Shown here: positions 40,414 to 54,214 of the stretch, piece by piece
Numbering within the stretch: the first letter of the stretch is position 1
Layout: each line of letters opens with the position of its first letter
NCBI GenBank assembly: GCA_951406725.2
Contig: OX597835.1
Location: 36,208,001 to 36,272,000 of the forward strand
Reading direction: 5' to 3'
Source: Octopus vulgaris
Lineage: Eukaryota
DNA length: 64,000 nt
The notes under the pieces: model-generated
The model's input: the letters and a program-made list of their open reading frames with translations, nothing else
Told to the model about the DNA's origin: nothing
Databases searched by the model: none
Position numbers and translations under genes: made by a program

Positions 40414-42834
40414 GCAAAACATGAGAAAGAGAGAAAAGGAAGATGCAAGGGAATAGACGTGGAGCGAACGAAACGTTAAGGAGATGGAAACAGGAAAAAG
40501 AAAAAAATGGAATAAAAGGGAAGGAATATGGAATGAGGACAGTACCAAAGAAAAAAAAGAAAGAATGAATGAATATAATAGAAGAGAGCAATGATACATA
40601 ATTAAATGGTTGAAATAATAGCAATAACAATGATGCTGATGATATCAATAAAGAGAACAGTAGAATAATATTACTATAAATGTTATTAATCTTTCTATAG
40701 GAATTGTAACCTGATCAGAAGGGAGAACACAATTAAAGAAAAAGCTTAGCTATAAGACGAAAATGGTGGACTTTCTAGAACGATTTCTGAGTCGTTCGGA
40801 AGAGGGTGGGGGATAATAGCAACGAGAGGGTTGGGTGAGAGTTATTTGGAATAAATAGAGGGAAAGAGTTGTCATATCCTTTTGTCACCGGTTTACATTA
40901 TAATCCGGCAGAATTCATTTCATCACTCTGTTTATTTTGGCTTGGTTTTCTTATGAATTTTCCCCGTTTCTTATATATGCTTTTGTATTTGTTTTTTTTT
41001 ATATATTTTTTTTCCCTTTATTGATCACTTAACTAATCATGATCGTAGCAAAGTGGAGGGAAGGGTGCTGCAAAAGTACCTGGTTCTTGACTCTTGCTAG
41101 AAATAACAGCTAAGAGCTCTCTCTCTCTCTCTCTCACTCTCTATCTCTCTTTTCAACTCACAATGTTAACGTTCTTTTAGTAAAACCAAATCGTACAAAC
41201 AAACACACCAACAGAAATAAAAACAAAGAACCGGAAGTAGATATTGGATAAAGAAGTCAAAGTAAAACTATGTTCATTGAGCGATGGATGTTTTTGATCA
41301 TAGGCCTGTTTGCTCGATAAGTGCTACTGACCTGGGGCTAAACAGTAGCAATCTCACCAAAGCCGAAAATGCAGCGAACATGTCTTCTTCTCTCCTCTTT
41401 TACTTTTGTTTTAGTTTAGTTTTTTTCTTGTTATTGTTTTGGTTTTCTTTATTCATTTACGAATATATTTCTCTTTGATGTCATACCTTACGTTCTTGTC
41501 ATTTCCTATCACTATCTCTCTCTCCCTCTCTCCTTTTTCTCTCTATGTCTCTCTCTCTCTGTTTCGAGACACCTCTCTTTCCCTCAACTTTCTATCTCAC
41601 TCTGAAGCTCTCTGAAGCTCAATCTGTCTTCCTCTCTCTCTTTCTCTTTCACTATCTCTCATCCTATTCTCTATATCTCTCTAGGATTTTCTCTCTCTCA
41701 CTCTTTGCTACTTTCTCTCTCTTTCTCTCTGCTACTTTCTCTCTCTCACTCTCTCTCTCTTTCATTCTATTCTCTGCCTTTCTAAGACATTCTCTCTCTC
41801 ACACCCTCTACCACTTTCTATCTCTTTCTAAGGCACTCCCTTCCTCATCCTTTCTCTCTCTTTCTCTCGCTCTCTCGCTCTCTCTCTCACTCTCTCTCTC
41901 TCACTCTCTCTCTCTCACTCTCTCTCTCTCACTCTCTCTCTCTCACTCTCTCTCTCTCACTCTCTCTCTCTCACTCTCTCTCTCATTCCCGCTCTCTCTC
42001 TCTCTTTCTCTCTCTCTCTTTCTATGGCACTATCCCATTCTCTGTCTCTCTCAACAGCACACTTCCGCTCTCTATTTCTCTCTCCCTTTCTCTTCCTTCT
42101 CTTTCGCTCTAAGATACATTATCTTTCAATGTTTTTCGACAACTCCTTATAGTATGACACGGAAATGTACTCTATCTCTAGAGTACACGAGACTATGATA
42201 GACGAGGGTTCGATGTTTCGAATCCTGTCACTGGTACTGTGTAGCTAGTATGGAGAAGACTCGTGAATTTCAAATGGTCCCAATATAAACACTACAATGG
42301 TGGAAGTCGCCGTTGCTGTCTAGCTTCATATCTTTCCTCGTCAAGAAACAGACCAATGATTAAAAGCATTCCAGCTATGGCCATACCATAGCAATACATA
42401 TTAACAAAAATATATTCATAAAAAAAAGAAATTCGGAGAAAAACAAATTGTTCAGAAGACGATTTGATCCAAAACATATTAGTTATTTCTCTCTATCTCT
42501 TTTTTCTATCTCTCTCTCTCTTTCTCTCTCTCATTCTCTCTCTCTCTCTCTTTATCTATCTATATCTCTAATTCTCTCTCTATCGCACTTTCTTTCCCTC
42601 TCTATCTGTCTTTATCTCTCTTTCTTTCTCTCTGTCTCTTTCTCTCTCTTCCTCTCTTTCTTTCTCTCTCTCTCTCTCTCTTTCTCTCTCGAAAGCATTC
42701 TCTCTTTCTGCCGTGTAAATTAACAGATCGACAGATGAAAATCGGTTAGATATGAAAGAGATCCATGTATATATTCATATGTGTGTGTGTGTGTGTGTGT
42801 GTGTTTGTGTGTGTGTGTATGTATGTATGTATGT

Positions 42835-43225
42835 AAACCAAAAAAGAGGTATAAGGACTTGCTGAAGGCTTCCTTGAGAGATGCTTGCATCTCTCCTAAC
42901 ACATGGGAAGGCATAGCTACGGATCGAAGCAGGTGGAGAAGGATTGTGCATGAAGGGACAGCCACGTTTGAGAAATCTCGAGTTGCACATGAGAAAGTAA
43001 GGAGGGATGTCAGGAAGGGCATCGCTGTTACACTTCCAGAATGGAAGGGTCTTCCTTTGATTCTGACATGCAATGTCTGTGCAAGACCCTGCCTCGGTAA
43101 AGCTGGACTCATGAGTCATCTTCGTAGTCATAAAACGAAACAGATGAGTGACAACCTGGCCACTGGTGGTGGTGTAACACACCATACTAATCATATCTGT
43201 CGGGCATGTGGAAGAGAGTGTAATT
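42835..43225 (+). mobile_element. RTE-clade LINE C-terminal ORF fragment with C2H2-type zinc finger
   Basis: KPKKRYKDLLKASL...WEGIATDRSRWRRIVHEG...CNVCARPCLGKAGLMSHLRSH...CRACGREC is typical of RTE/BovB-like ORF ends. Confidence 0.85.
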
Positions 43226-43861
43226 CAGCAGTTTACAACTACAGCCGACTATTACCAGTAAAGGTTTTAGTTGCCAATTTTGTACAAGACATTGTAGATC
43301 TTTAGCTGGGCTAAAAAGTCACATTCGATCACAGCACCAGTAACAGTTAAGCTTCGTGCAATGGCCATACTCGATAACGAGGGGGCAGCCATAATATATA
43401 TATATAGCTATATATATGCATGTATATTCACATATATACATACATACATATATATATACGAATGTATGTACATACATACATACATACATACATACATACA
43501 TACATACATACATACATACATACATACATACATACATACATACATACATACATACATACATACATAGGTATGACGGTGCAAATAGGAAAATTAGAACTCA
43601 AAATATGAGCGTATGTGTATTTTTATTAAAATTTAGCAGAAGTAACAGAGTGACGCCATCGAAAATTACTTCCAGGATTGGATGACCGCTGTACTAATGC
43701 GTGGATCCGTAGACCCCTTTCAGTGAGGGACAATGCTATCGGTGATACTGATGTTGCTGCGTTAAGTAGAATTTCTTCAAATTCGTATCAATACTCAGTT
43801 GAAAGTCCATTTTTCTAAACAAGAGTTTCCGACATTTTGGGCGAAACTGAAGGACGAATTT

Positions 43862-44304
43862 CGGATCTTTTCGGTTTGACCGGCAGTTTTTAAAAATAAT
43901 TTCCACGTAACTAAACACTTTTAAACTTCGTATATTGGTAGAATGTGTTTATAAAACATCTTTTTCTCTTGGCTTTATTGAGAAAATTCTATAGTTTGTA
44001 AGATATTTGTTGTTTTTTGTCTTCAATTTCTGCAGTTTCAACCAATCAATGATGTCTATTGAGGTGAAAACACTCTGTACCGTATGAATATGTCCCTCGT
44101 TTAAGAAACAGATTCGGTTTATTTTTCATTTCTGAAGAAAAAAAACCCTTCCTCCCACCCCTACCCCTAACCCTTACTAACCTTAACTAACCCTAACCCT
44201 AAAACAGATTGAAATGCAATAGATCGATACTAGGGTCATAATTATGGATGACAATTTCATATGACACCTCTAGAAAAAACTGTCGTTCAAACCGAAAAGA
44301 TCCC
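43862..44304. mobile_element. Non-autonomous TIR element (MITE), ~440 bp
   Basis: Left end ggatcttttcggtttgaccggcagttttt and right end aaaaactgtcgttcaaaccgaaaagatcc form ~29-bp imperfect inverted termini; no transposase ORF. Confidence 0.75.
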
Positions 44305-44699
44305 GACTTTCTTATACCTTAATTACGTGCATTGCCCATGTTGATCCAGCCACTCTCGACCTCCTGCTGCGAGACTGGATTCTCAGCAATAATGGCACTG
44401 AAAAAGAAGGCACGCCGACATGAGGTGCTGTCCGTCGAGCACTGCTCTTCGCTGCAAAACAATACCAACCCTCCCACAGAGTGAATAAGTAGGTTTTGCA
44501 TGATGTTCGATAGTTCCATGCGTTTGTTTTTTTAGCAATTGTGGCATTTTATAAGGTCTTTTATTTGTAACATTTTCAATAAATTAGGATTTTCCTATAG
44601 TTCTGTTTTATCCTACCGTTACACAAAGTTCACCATTACAAAATTTATCATAAGGGTCACGGTAATAACTTGGAGAATCTTAGGGGTTAAGACAATGAA

Positions 44700-44770
44700 G
44701 AAGCTTAAGAACAGCTGCACTAGATACGCAGATGACACTAGATACGCAGATGATACAAAGCTGTAACTGT
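44700..44770 (+). pseudogene. Possible CR1/L2 reverse transcriptase relic (YADDTKL)
   Basis: RYADDT-RYADDTKL arises from an 18-bp tandem duplication at 44718-44753; the match is very short. Confidence 0.35.
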
Positions 44771-45079
44771 CATATCGGGAAACGTTGTGAAATTAAAGGA
44801 TAACCTAGAGAACAACTTCGTACTAAAATTCGAGTTTCTAAGCATTATATTTATTTCTTTACTACCCACAAGGGGCTAAACATAGATGGGAAAAACAAGG
44901 ACAGACAACGGGATTGAGTCGATGACTAAACAGGATGACTAAAGACAGAAGGCAGGAAAATACCCCAGATACAAACAGTATGATGCACACACAATAGAGA
45001 AATATACACATACCTATGATAAATGTAAGAAATAGAGATAAATAGGTGAAAAATGTGTGTACACCAAGTACCTGGAGGA

Positions 45080-45270
45080 AATAGTTGCAGGTGATTCTGA
45101 AGTTGTCTGGAGGCCGTGGTTGAAGCCAATGGCGATTTTATTGAATAAATTTACTCTTTAGTATTTCAAGATATTTTTATGTAATGTTGGTAAATATATG
45201 TAAAAATGAGATGTCAGTGTTATTTTCATTTTTGCGTAATTTAGACGACAGTTTATTTGCCGCATCAGTG
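45080..45270 (+). mobile_element. Tc1-like transposon 3' end
   Basis: LEAVVEANGDFIE* (45107-45148) matches the Tc1 transposase C-terminus (RLxAVxxAxG), followed by an AT-rich 3' region. Confidence 0.7.
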
Positions 45271-45663
45271 TTTGTTGAGTATTTGGTTAACGAGAGATGA
45301 TACGAAGAGAGATGATACGAAATAAGTAAAAGATGAAATATAGGTGATTAATAATTGAAGCAATACCCATTTCACAACACAAAGCTAAAAAATAAAGATG
45401 AAATACACAAGTCCCAAACAGGTTTAGATTCGTGACGTGTAACTCTAACGTGTCTGCTGAGGTTGAATTTTAACGTTCAAATTCAGACTATAAAGGTTGC
45501 CTAAGTTATAGTCAACGACTATGGAAGAGGGCAGGATGCAACAATGCTACATATCCTGATAATGATCCCAAGTTAGTTGCAAATGTCGATGAAAGTCAAC
45601 TTAAGAATCTTATTCTCCCAAATATATTACAAGGAATCGTATAAGAAAATATGGGGAAAAGAA

Positions 45664-45712
<49 letters not shown>

Positions 45713-45844
45713 TGGGATCTCCCTTTTAAGTAGAAAGAATAGCCAAAACTCTTTGACTGCTATTTCTAAATTCGGTGTGTGGTGAGGCAAATCATTGCTA
45801 AACCCTTAATTACTTAGTATTACTATATATATGTATATATATTT

Positions 45845-45910
<66 letters not shown>

Positions 45911-46009
45911 ACTTACAATATAGTCGTGTTTTTTTATCATGTCTTTAAAAAAGCTGTTCTCCATATATGCAAATAAATGTGTGAGTATGTATATATATAT
46001 AAAGGAAAG

Positions 46010-46294
46010 GAGCACTCCGTCGGTTACGACGGTGAGGGTCCCAGCTGATACGATCAACGGAACAAGCTTGCTCGTGAAATCAACGTGCAAGTGGCTGATT
46101 GTTCCACAGACACGTGTAGCATTAACGTAGTTTACAGAGATATTCGACGTGACACAGGGTGTGACAAGGCTGGGTAGACTGGAGCAACGGGAAATAAAGT
46201 GTATGCTCAAGGACACAACGCGTCGCCCGGAATTGAACTCACGACTTCACGATTGTGAGCCGAATGCCGTAACCACTAAGCCATACGCCCTCAC
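46010..46294 (-). mobile_element. tRNA-headed CORE-like SINE family C
   Basis: Reverse-complement head (taaccactaagcca, ggaattgaactc) and body shared with 13020-13187. Confidence 0.8.
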
Positions 46295-46360
46295 GTATAC
46301 ATTAATTATATATATATATATATATATACATACATATATATGTATGTATATGTATGTATA

Positions 46361-46393
<33 letters not shown>

Positions 46394-46436
46394 ATGTATG
46401 TATATATATGTATATATATATATATGTATATATATA

Positions 46437-46480
<44 letters not shown>

Positions 46481-46668
46481 CATATATGCCTACGTACATA
46501 AATACGTACATATATATATACATATATTCATAAGTGCGTACGTGTGTATGCGTGTGTATGTGTATCTGTGTGTTTTTGTGTATTAGTGTGTGTGTGTGTG
46601 TGTGTGTGTTGTGAGTATGTGTATTGTGTGTATTTGCTTGTGAGTCAAAAAGTAGAAAATGGATTTAA

Positions 46669-46709
<41 letters not shown>

Positions 46710-46719
46710 TATATGTATG

Positions 46720-46775
<56 letters not shown>

Positions 46776-46781
<6 letters not shown>

Positions 46782-46970
46782 ATTGAAGAAATGGAGTTGA
46801 ACGAAGATTGAACAGAAATCGTTTTATTGCATTCTACACGTGTTTCGAAAGGCACAATTTACCAAATTCCGATTCCGAATTTGGTAAATTGTGCCTTTCG
46901 AAACACGTGTAGAATGCAATAAAACGATTTCTGTTCAATCTTCGTTCAACTCCATTTCTTCAATTCACTA
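46776..46970. repeat. Perfect palindrome with 94-bp arms and a 7-nt loop
   Basis: 46776-46869 is the reverse complement of 46877-46970. Confidence 0.95.
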
Positions 46971-47124
46971 ATAATATTAAAATTCAATTATCCGCACCAA
47001 CGCACGGTTGCAACACCATATGGTTGTACCTCCAACCGTGCCGTCTTCTGCTGTGATTTTTGCTACCAAGGTATCGGTTAAACTTTTGATTAATCTGCAA
47101 CAAGATTATTCATCTTTCTATTTC

Positions 47125-47185
<61 letters not shown>

Positions 47186-47533
47186 AACAGACAAGCTGAC
47201 AGATGGCCAGGTCTATGTGTGCGTACGTGCGTTTATGCTTTGTCTCTTTTCGTCGCGAGCCTAACTGATTCACTACTTCACTGTCAAAATGATGGCGTGT
47301 CATCAGCTTTGATATTTTAACAACGGAAGAAGAAAATAGACAAAGAAGGAAAGAACAAAAACATTCAAGCAAAATCATGAAAGCAACTTCATATTAAAAC
47401 AACGCCATCTCCCACACTTAGAAGTGTATGCACGTTTATATAGCTATTTCTATATCAAGTATGTTTCCCTCTCTCTCTCTCTCTTTCTTTCTCTCTCTCT
47501 CTCTCTCTGTCCCTCAACATCTCTCTCTCTTCC

Positions 47534-47643
<110 letters not shown>

Positions 47644-47656
47644 CATACATACATAC

Positions 47657-47703
<47 letters not shown>

Positions 47704-47770
47704 TAGATATAGATATACATACAGATATATATATAGACAGATATATATGTATATATATATATATATATAT

Positions 47771-47868
<98 letters not shown>

Positions 47869-47887
47869 TAGATATAGATATGCATAC

Positions 47888-47952
<65 letters not shown>

Positions 47953-48089
47953 TAAATATAGATATAGATATAGATACAGATATAGATATAAACAGATATA
48001 TATATAGATAGATTTTACATATGTTTGTGCGATATATATATATATATGATGTATATAAATTTATATGGACTCTCGTGTCTGCGTATGTG

Positions 48090-48149
<60 letters not shown>

Positions 48150-48307
48150 TATATGTGTGAGTGCGTTTGTGTGTCAACCTTCCAGCATTGTCTGTAGGTA
48201 TGCCAACCTGTAGATATCTTCCGTTTAACGGACACAGGAAAGACTATAAAACTAAGCAAAAAACCAACCGCTACCATTAACTTAGCATCCATCTTGTATC
48301 TCTAACT

Positions 48308-48420
48308 ATTGGTGTTGTCAGAGGGCGGGAAATGAATGGCGGGAAATGACAGCAGCGAGAGGTATAAAAGGATGGAGCGTGAGAGTTAAGAGAAGGACGT
48401 TATTGATGTAATATGGCGGC
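48308..48420 (+). promoter_or_regulatory. Candidate Pol II promoter
   Basis: ATTGG at 48308, GGCGGGAAA at 48324 and 48338, TATAAAAG at 48363, AATATGGCGGC at 48410; motif evidence only. Confidence 0.35.
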
Positions 48421-49084
48421 GTGGAGGTCAGGATGTCTACGGTACTGGAACTTGGAATACTTAATGGTTTATTTAAAAAATGTTTTCAAGGTTGTCATAT
48501 GGTTTTCTTGCCTTTTGTTTTTTATTTTATTTTCATCGTTGTTTTTTGTTGTTTTTTTCGTTTCTTTATTTTTCTGTTTTGTTGTTGCTGTTGCCGTTTT
48601 TTGTTGTATTTTTTTCTCTTTCTCCTTTCGATATTAAATTAGCCAAAATGTCAAAGAGTTTAGATATTTAATCCTATACGTGTGTATGTAGGTATGTGCA
48701 TATGAATGTACGTACGTATATAAGCGCGTATGTGTGTATGTGTGTGTGAGAGTATAATCCGATTGGCTGATTGTTAGATTCCTAGGTAAAGGAATAGAAT
48801 GCAAGTAGTATAGTCGTCATTAATATGAAAAAAATTGACTTTGTGTCACAGTTAACATACTCAATTTTCAGCCTGAGAATATCTATAAAAATGATAGGCT
48901 TTCTCACCCCATCTGATTAACTACAAAAAATTTGATTGATTATTGAAATTAAACATATATGGGAAGGAGTGAGGTTGGGTAAAAGGACAGAGAGAAACAG
49001 CAATAACCAAAAGAGTAACAGAGGGGTAGAGAGAGTTGGGAAGAGACAGGGAGAGAAAAACGGAAAAGTGTGAGTGTATGTGTA

Positions 49085-49119
<35 letters not shown>

Positions 49120-49126
<7 letters not shown>

Positions 49127-49300
49127 TCGGTAATTTGGTACGATCGTTTCATGCTACATCATTTTATTAAACATTACAACTATTACATCAGTTTTAAAAT
49201 GTTGCTGAAGATTGCTCAACATTTTAACACTGATGTAATACTTGCAATGTTTAATAAAATGATGTAGCATGAAACGATCGTACAAATTACCGAAGATATA
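49120..49300. repeat. Imperfect palindrome (~84-bp arms) containing a minimal hammerhead motif on +
   Basis: Arms 49120-49204 and 49217-49300; CTGAAGA at 49205, TGCT/AGCA stem, GAAAC-GATC-GTA at 49271-49282. Confidence 0.8.
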
Positions 49301-49416
49301 CTTGTTGCCTAGTTTGATTATAATCACCCCGTGGATTTATATGGATAATAGCATACAATATTCTGGTGCATCTGACTTAAGTACCATATCCGTTTGAATC
49401 TAAATTTTGCTGAACT

Positions 49417-49488
<72 letters not shown>

Positions 49489-50286
49489 AATATAATGAAG
49501 ACATCTTATTATGAAATTGGGATGTTCCTTTTTTACATAGTATGCTTTTTTTATTGTCTCATTGTTGTCTTTATTTGTTTTTGCTACTCCTATGAATATT
49601 CATCAAATACTTGATTCTATTTCTAATTCTAAACATCTTTTGTACAGGTCGTTTGTAGAAGTTTTATTGAAGAACTGTTTGTGGTAATTGGGGGATTGTT
49701 TGAAACTAAGGAGATTGCCCTGACATATTTCATGCTTGGCTGGCCTCTCTTCAAGGGTTAACCATCACTTCTACTTCTACGTACATAGATACCATCATGG
49801 CAATCGTTAATTATTAAAAGATATGATTAAATAATTGAATATATAAAAACAATAAGAACATGAATTGGAACATCTATGATGAATTCAATGAAGGTAGTCT
49901 ACAATATGTAACACTGACGTTGTAAAAATGAAACAAATCTAAAAGCACCGTATTCTTATTACACAGTGAAATATTATGAAATTACTTCGACACATTACAT
50001 AGCTTGCTGGTTCATCCTCAGCTGATAAGCTCCTCTCACCCTTCTGTTAACGGAGAGGTCTTCATATTAACCCATATTTAAATCAATTAACAAACAGGTA
50101 CTGAGATGAAATGCCCCAAAATGTATTCCAGAAGACCAATGATAATGATATACAGTAAAGTATTTCTTTATATTGCGGTAGTTTATCAGTTACTCTCTTA
50201 GTGATACCACACCATTCTCAATAGTTCTCTCATCTGAGAATCCTTCACATTGTATTTTCTTCGGAGTTCTCTCTATCTATCTATCA

Positions 50287-50383
<97 letters not shown>

Positions 50384-50404
50384 TCTATCTGTCTCTCTAT
50401 ATAT

Positions 50405-50602
50405 AAAGGGAAAGTTTACGAAAATAAACAAAAGACGAAGGCAGATGGTGTACAAACAAACAAATGTATTAGTATAGCGGTCAGGAATTCTTTTACGTTT
50501 CGAGCCTACGCTCTTCTACAGAAAGATACACAGAAAAAAAAACAAGGAGAAAAACGAGGAGAGAAAAAAATGTGTGTAGTCGCTAACGATCTATCATGGC
50601 GT
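50405..50602 (-). mobile_element. Penelope-like 3' terminus fragment
   Basis: Reverse complement of the 31200-31444 and 55315-55545 terminus, including ctgtagaagagcgtaggctcgaaacgt; microsatellites on both sides. Confidence 0.8.
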
Positions 50603-50607
50603 CTATA

Positions 50608-50682
<75 letters not shown>

Positions 50683-52060
50683 ATAAGTCAGTAAATGGTG
50701 GGGTTGTGTTAACCGCACGTGGAGAAATGACAGGAGAGGAAAAATTATAATAAGGCAGAATGCTAAATTGTAAGTAAATTTTAATAAAAATGGGTTTATG
50801 GAAAATTAAAAAAGAAAAAATAATAAATCAAACCAGCTTTTAGTGCAAGGCAAATTTTCAAGATTCGGAGGGGGAAAAGAATTTTTGTTTTAAAATTGAG
50901 GAAGGGAAAAAAAGAAATTTACAATGTTTTTACAAAAAAATAATAATAGATATATACAAAAATTGATAAATAAGTATACCAATACATTGTAGAGTCTTTT
51001 TGCTTTTAGAGTTCAATAATAGTCCTTGGAAAAGCATTTTCGGAGGATTAGGATGCATGTGCTATAATGTAGTGTTTAGTTTAAAGGGTTGGGTGAATGT
51101 GTGTCACACACATTCACCCAACCATGGTGCCCCGCAGTTGGGCTAAACCCGGAACCATGTGGTTATTAAGCAAGCTACTTACCACACAGCCACTCCCGCG
51201 ATAATATTCTTATTAAATAGGCAGTTTTTCAGTACTGAATATATTTGTGGAACACAAATTAGATAAGGCTACAATTAACCTATGTAAATATTAAGTTTTA
51301 AAAATCTGGATAAAAAGAATTACTGAAGATCGTCAGAGGAAATTGTACTCAAATATTCTGCTTACATGTCAGATGTTCAGCCATTGGACCAAAGAAACCC
51401 TTCGAAATTCTCTGTCCATTTTAGAATCCTTGTTCTTACCACCTAGAATTGTATGTTGTTGATGTGATAAGAATAAAAAAAACGTAGGCGTTAAATAATT
51501 CGTCTTTAATGGTGGAAATCAAAGGAGATAAAACTATAAACAATAGCATGGAAATATTAGGTTTAGGTTTAAAAGCTAGAAGAGAGAAAAAGTCGAAAAC
51601 TGTTTGACCTCATAATCGGTAAAAAAATAATTTCTTTTTATACTCGTTGTCTTAAAACCGTAGATACATTCACCGTTACTAAAAGCAATATACTACTATC
51701 TTTAACGGACGAGTATCAACCACTGAGAATGAACCGAAATAACTCGAAACCGTACAGGTTGTTAATTCCGTCACTGGAAGAGGTCACTGGTAGAGGTCCG
51801 CTCTCCTGCCTCCAATATATATCGGGTGCACATTGCATCGAATAACCAGCTGGAGAAGGCTTCCTTCAGGGGTTACAATGGTAGTAACGTCGGTTTCTAC
51901 GGAACAACAATGTTGAAGTGGCGACGAATAATACTTCTCAGCATAGATACTAATTTAATCTCTTCTAGAGATTGTCTAGCAAGCTACTTTGCATATATTA
52001 TATATGTGTGTGTGTGTATGTTTGTTTATAATTGTGTGTGTGTATGTGTGTATATGTGTG

Positions 52061-52140
<80 letters not shown>

Positions 52141-52366
52141 CATACATACATACATACATATATATATATACATATATACATATGCATACACATATACATG
52201 CATATCATATACGTACATATGTACATATTTCATGCATATATATATATATACTGAATAAAATCAATAAGGTGTATAAGCGAGCACGCGTGTGCGTGTGTTT
52301 ATATGTACACATATATATATATATATGTTTATAAATAGACATATATGCATATAAATAATTATATGT

Positions 52367-52416
<50 letters not shown>

Positions 52417-52497
52417 GTATATGAATATATGTATATATATATATATATGTATAAATATGTATATATATATGTATATGTATATATGTATATATATATA

Positions 52498-52548
<51 letters not shown>

Positions 52549-53081
52549 TATATATATGTATATATATACATAGATGTATATAACAAAATAAATTATATGT
52601 TTTTATGCATGGAACCTTTTTATTCTGTTTAGTGTTAATGTCACTACACGGTCTGCGTTTCCCTGTTTCCCGCGCCAACCACGACGTTTTCCAGCCGGTG
52701 AATGATGGCAACTGTCACACGGTTAAGAATTAGCCCGACAAGTGACTCCGTCGTAAAATTCTCTGTAAATTGTTTTTCTCTTCAAAGATGTTCAGTTTTT
52801 CCTCTCAGTGTTAACGACTTCATTTGACTCTAATGCATATAGATGGCAGCACCGAACGGCAAAGGACAACACAGGGCTCTTCTATCTCTGCTAAGGTAAT
52901 TAAACTTGCCAAAAACAAAATGTAGATTAATCGTGATTAATTGATAATAGTTACTCTTGAGATAGTCTTGCAAAATTGTCTTTGTTATTTTATTTCTTTT
53001 GTTAGTAGTACTATATGTTTTTTATATTAAATGTGTAGAGTACACACACACACACAAACAAAAACACGTACGCACATACAC

Positions 53082-53134
<53 letters not shown>

Positions 53135-53306
53135 ATACATATATATGTATATATATGTATATATATGTATATATATATATATAAATATATGTATATATAT
53201 ATATTTATATATATATATATATATATATATGTGAGCGGCGTAATAGAGAAGATATATGTGCGCATGCGTATGTATGCATGGCTATATATATCTATATATA
53301 TATGTA

Positions 53307-53368
<62 letters not shown>

Positions 53369-53925
53369 CAGAGAGAGAGAGAAGGATTGAGAAAGAGATG
53401 GAGTGGTAGAGAGTGAGAGGGAAGGTGAGTAAGAAGAAGAAGAGGAATAGATGAAGATATGCAAAACGTGGAAGGAAATGAAAGATAAACAAAATTATTG
53501 CTGCCATTCTATATACGGTCATTTGGGTGAGGGTTCTCCCATTTTGAACCTGACGATGAAGTCATACGCTACTAACGCCATATTGACAAGGATATTTATT
53601 TCGAAATTCTTATACGAACGCATGTATGTGGCATGAAGAAAGCTACGACGGTAATGCTAAAGTCTAAATAAGACAGACTTAAATAACAAAAAGAAATCCA
53701 AAGAATATATAGTTCAATAGATTTAAAATATGTAACGGCTGCTTTAACCCGAAATATCAAATGCATATTCATTTTACTCTGGAAAGTGTGTGAAACACAT
53801 TATTTGGCACGAATGGTATTGTGTAGCTGCGTATACGCATAAGTGTATCTTGAGTGTGTGTATACATATATACATATATATATTTATATACATATATATA
53901 TATATATATACGTATATGTATATGT

Positions 53926-54032
<107 letters not shown>

Positions 54033-54214
54033 CACTCTTACTCTTTTACTCTCTTTTACTTGTTTCAGTCATGAAAGTACTACCTCCCTGTGCGACAAGA
54101 CACTGTAGCAAAAACAATATAAAATGTCATCTGTGAAAAAAAATGTCCTGAAATAAATATAGAGAAACCCCTTTATTATTGAATACGTAAAACAAATTAG
54201 CCCTTGGAATATCC

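Noticed and set aside
44158-44202. True telomere or chromosome-fusion scar
   Set aside because: Only a few degenerate units, located inside a TIR element.
51723-51755. Hammerhead-like CTGAGAATGA...CTCGAAACCGTA
   Set aside because: Core and stems are too degenerate to support a call.
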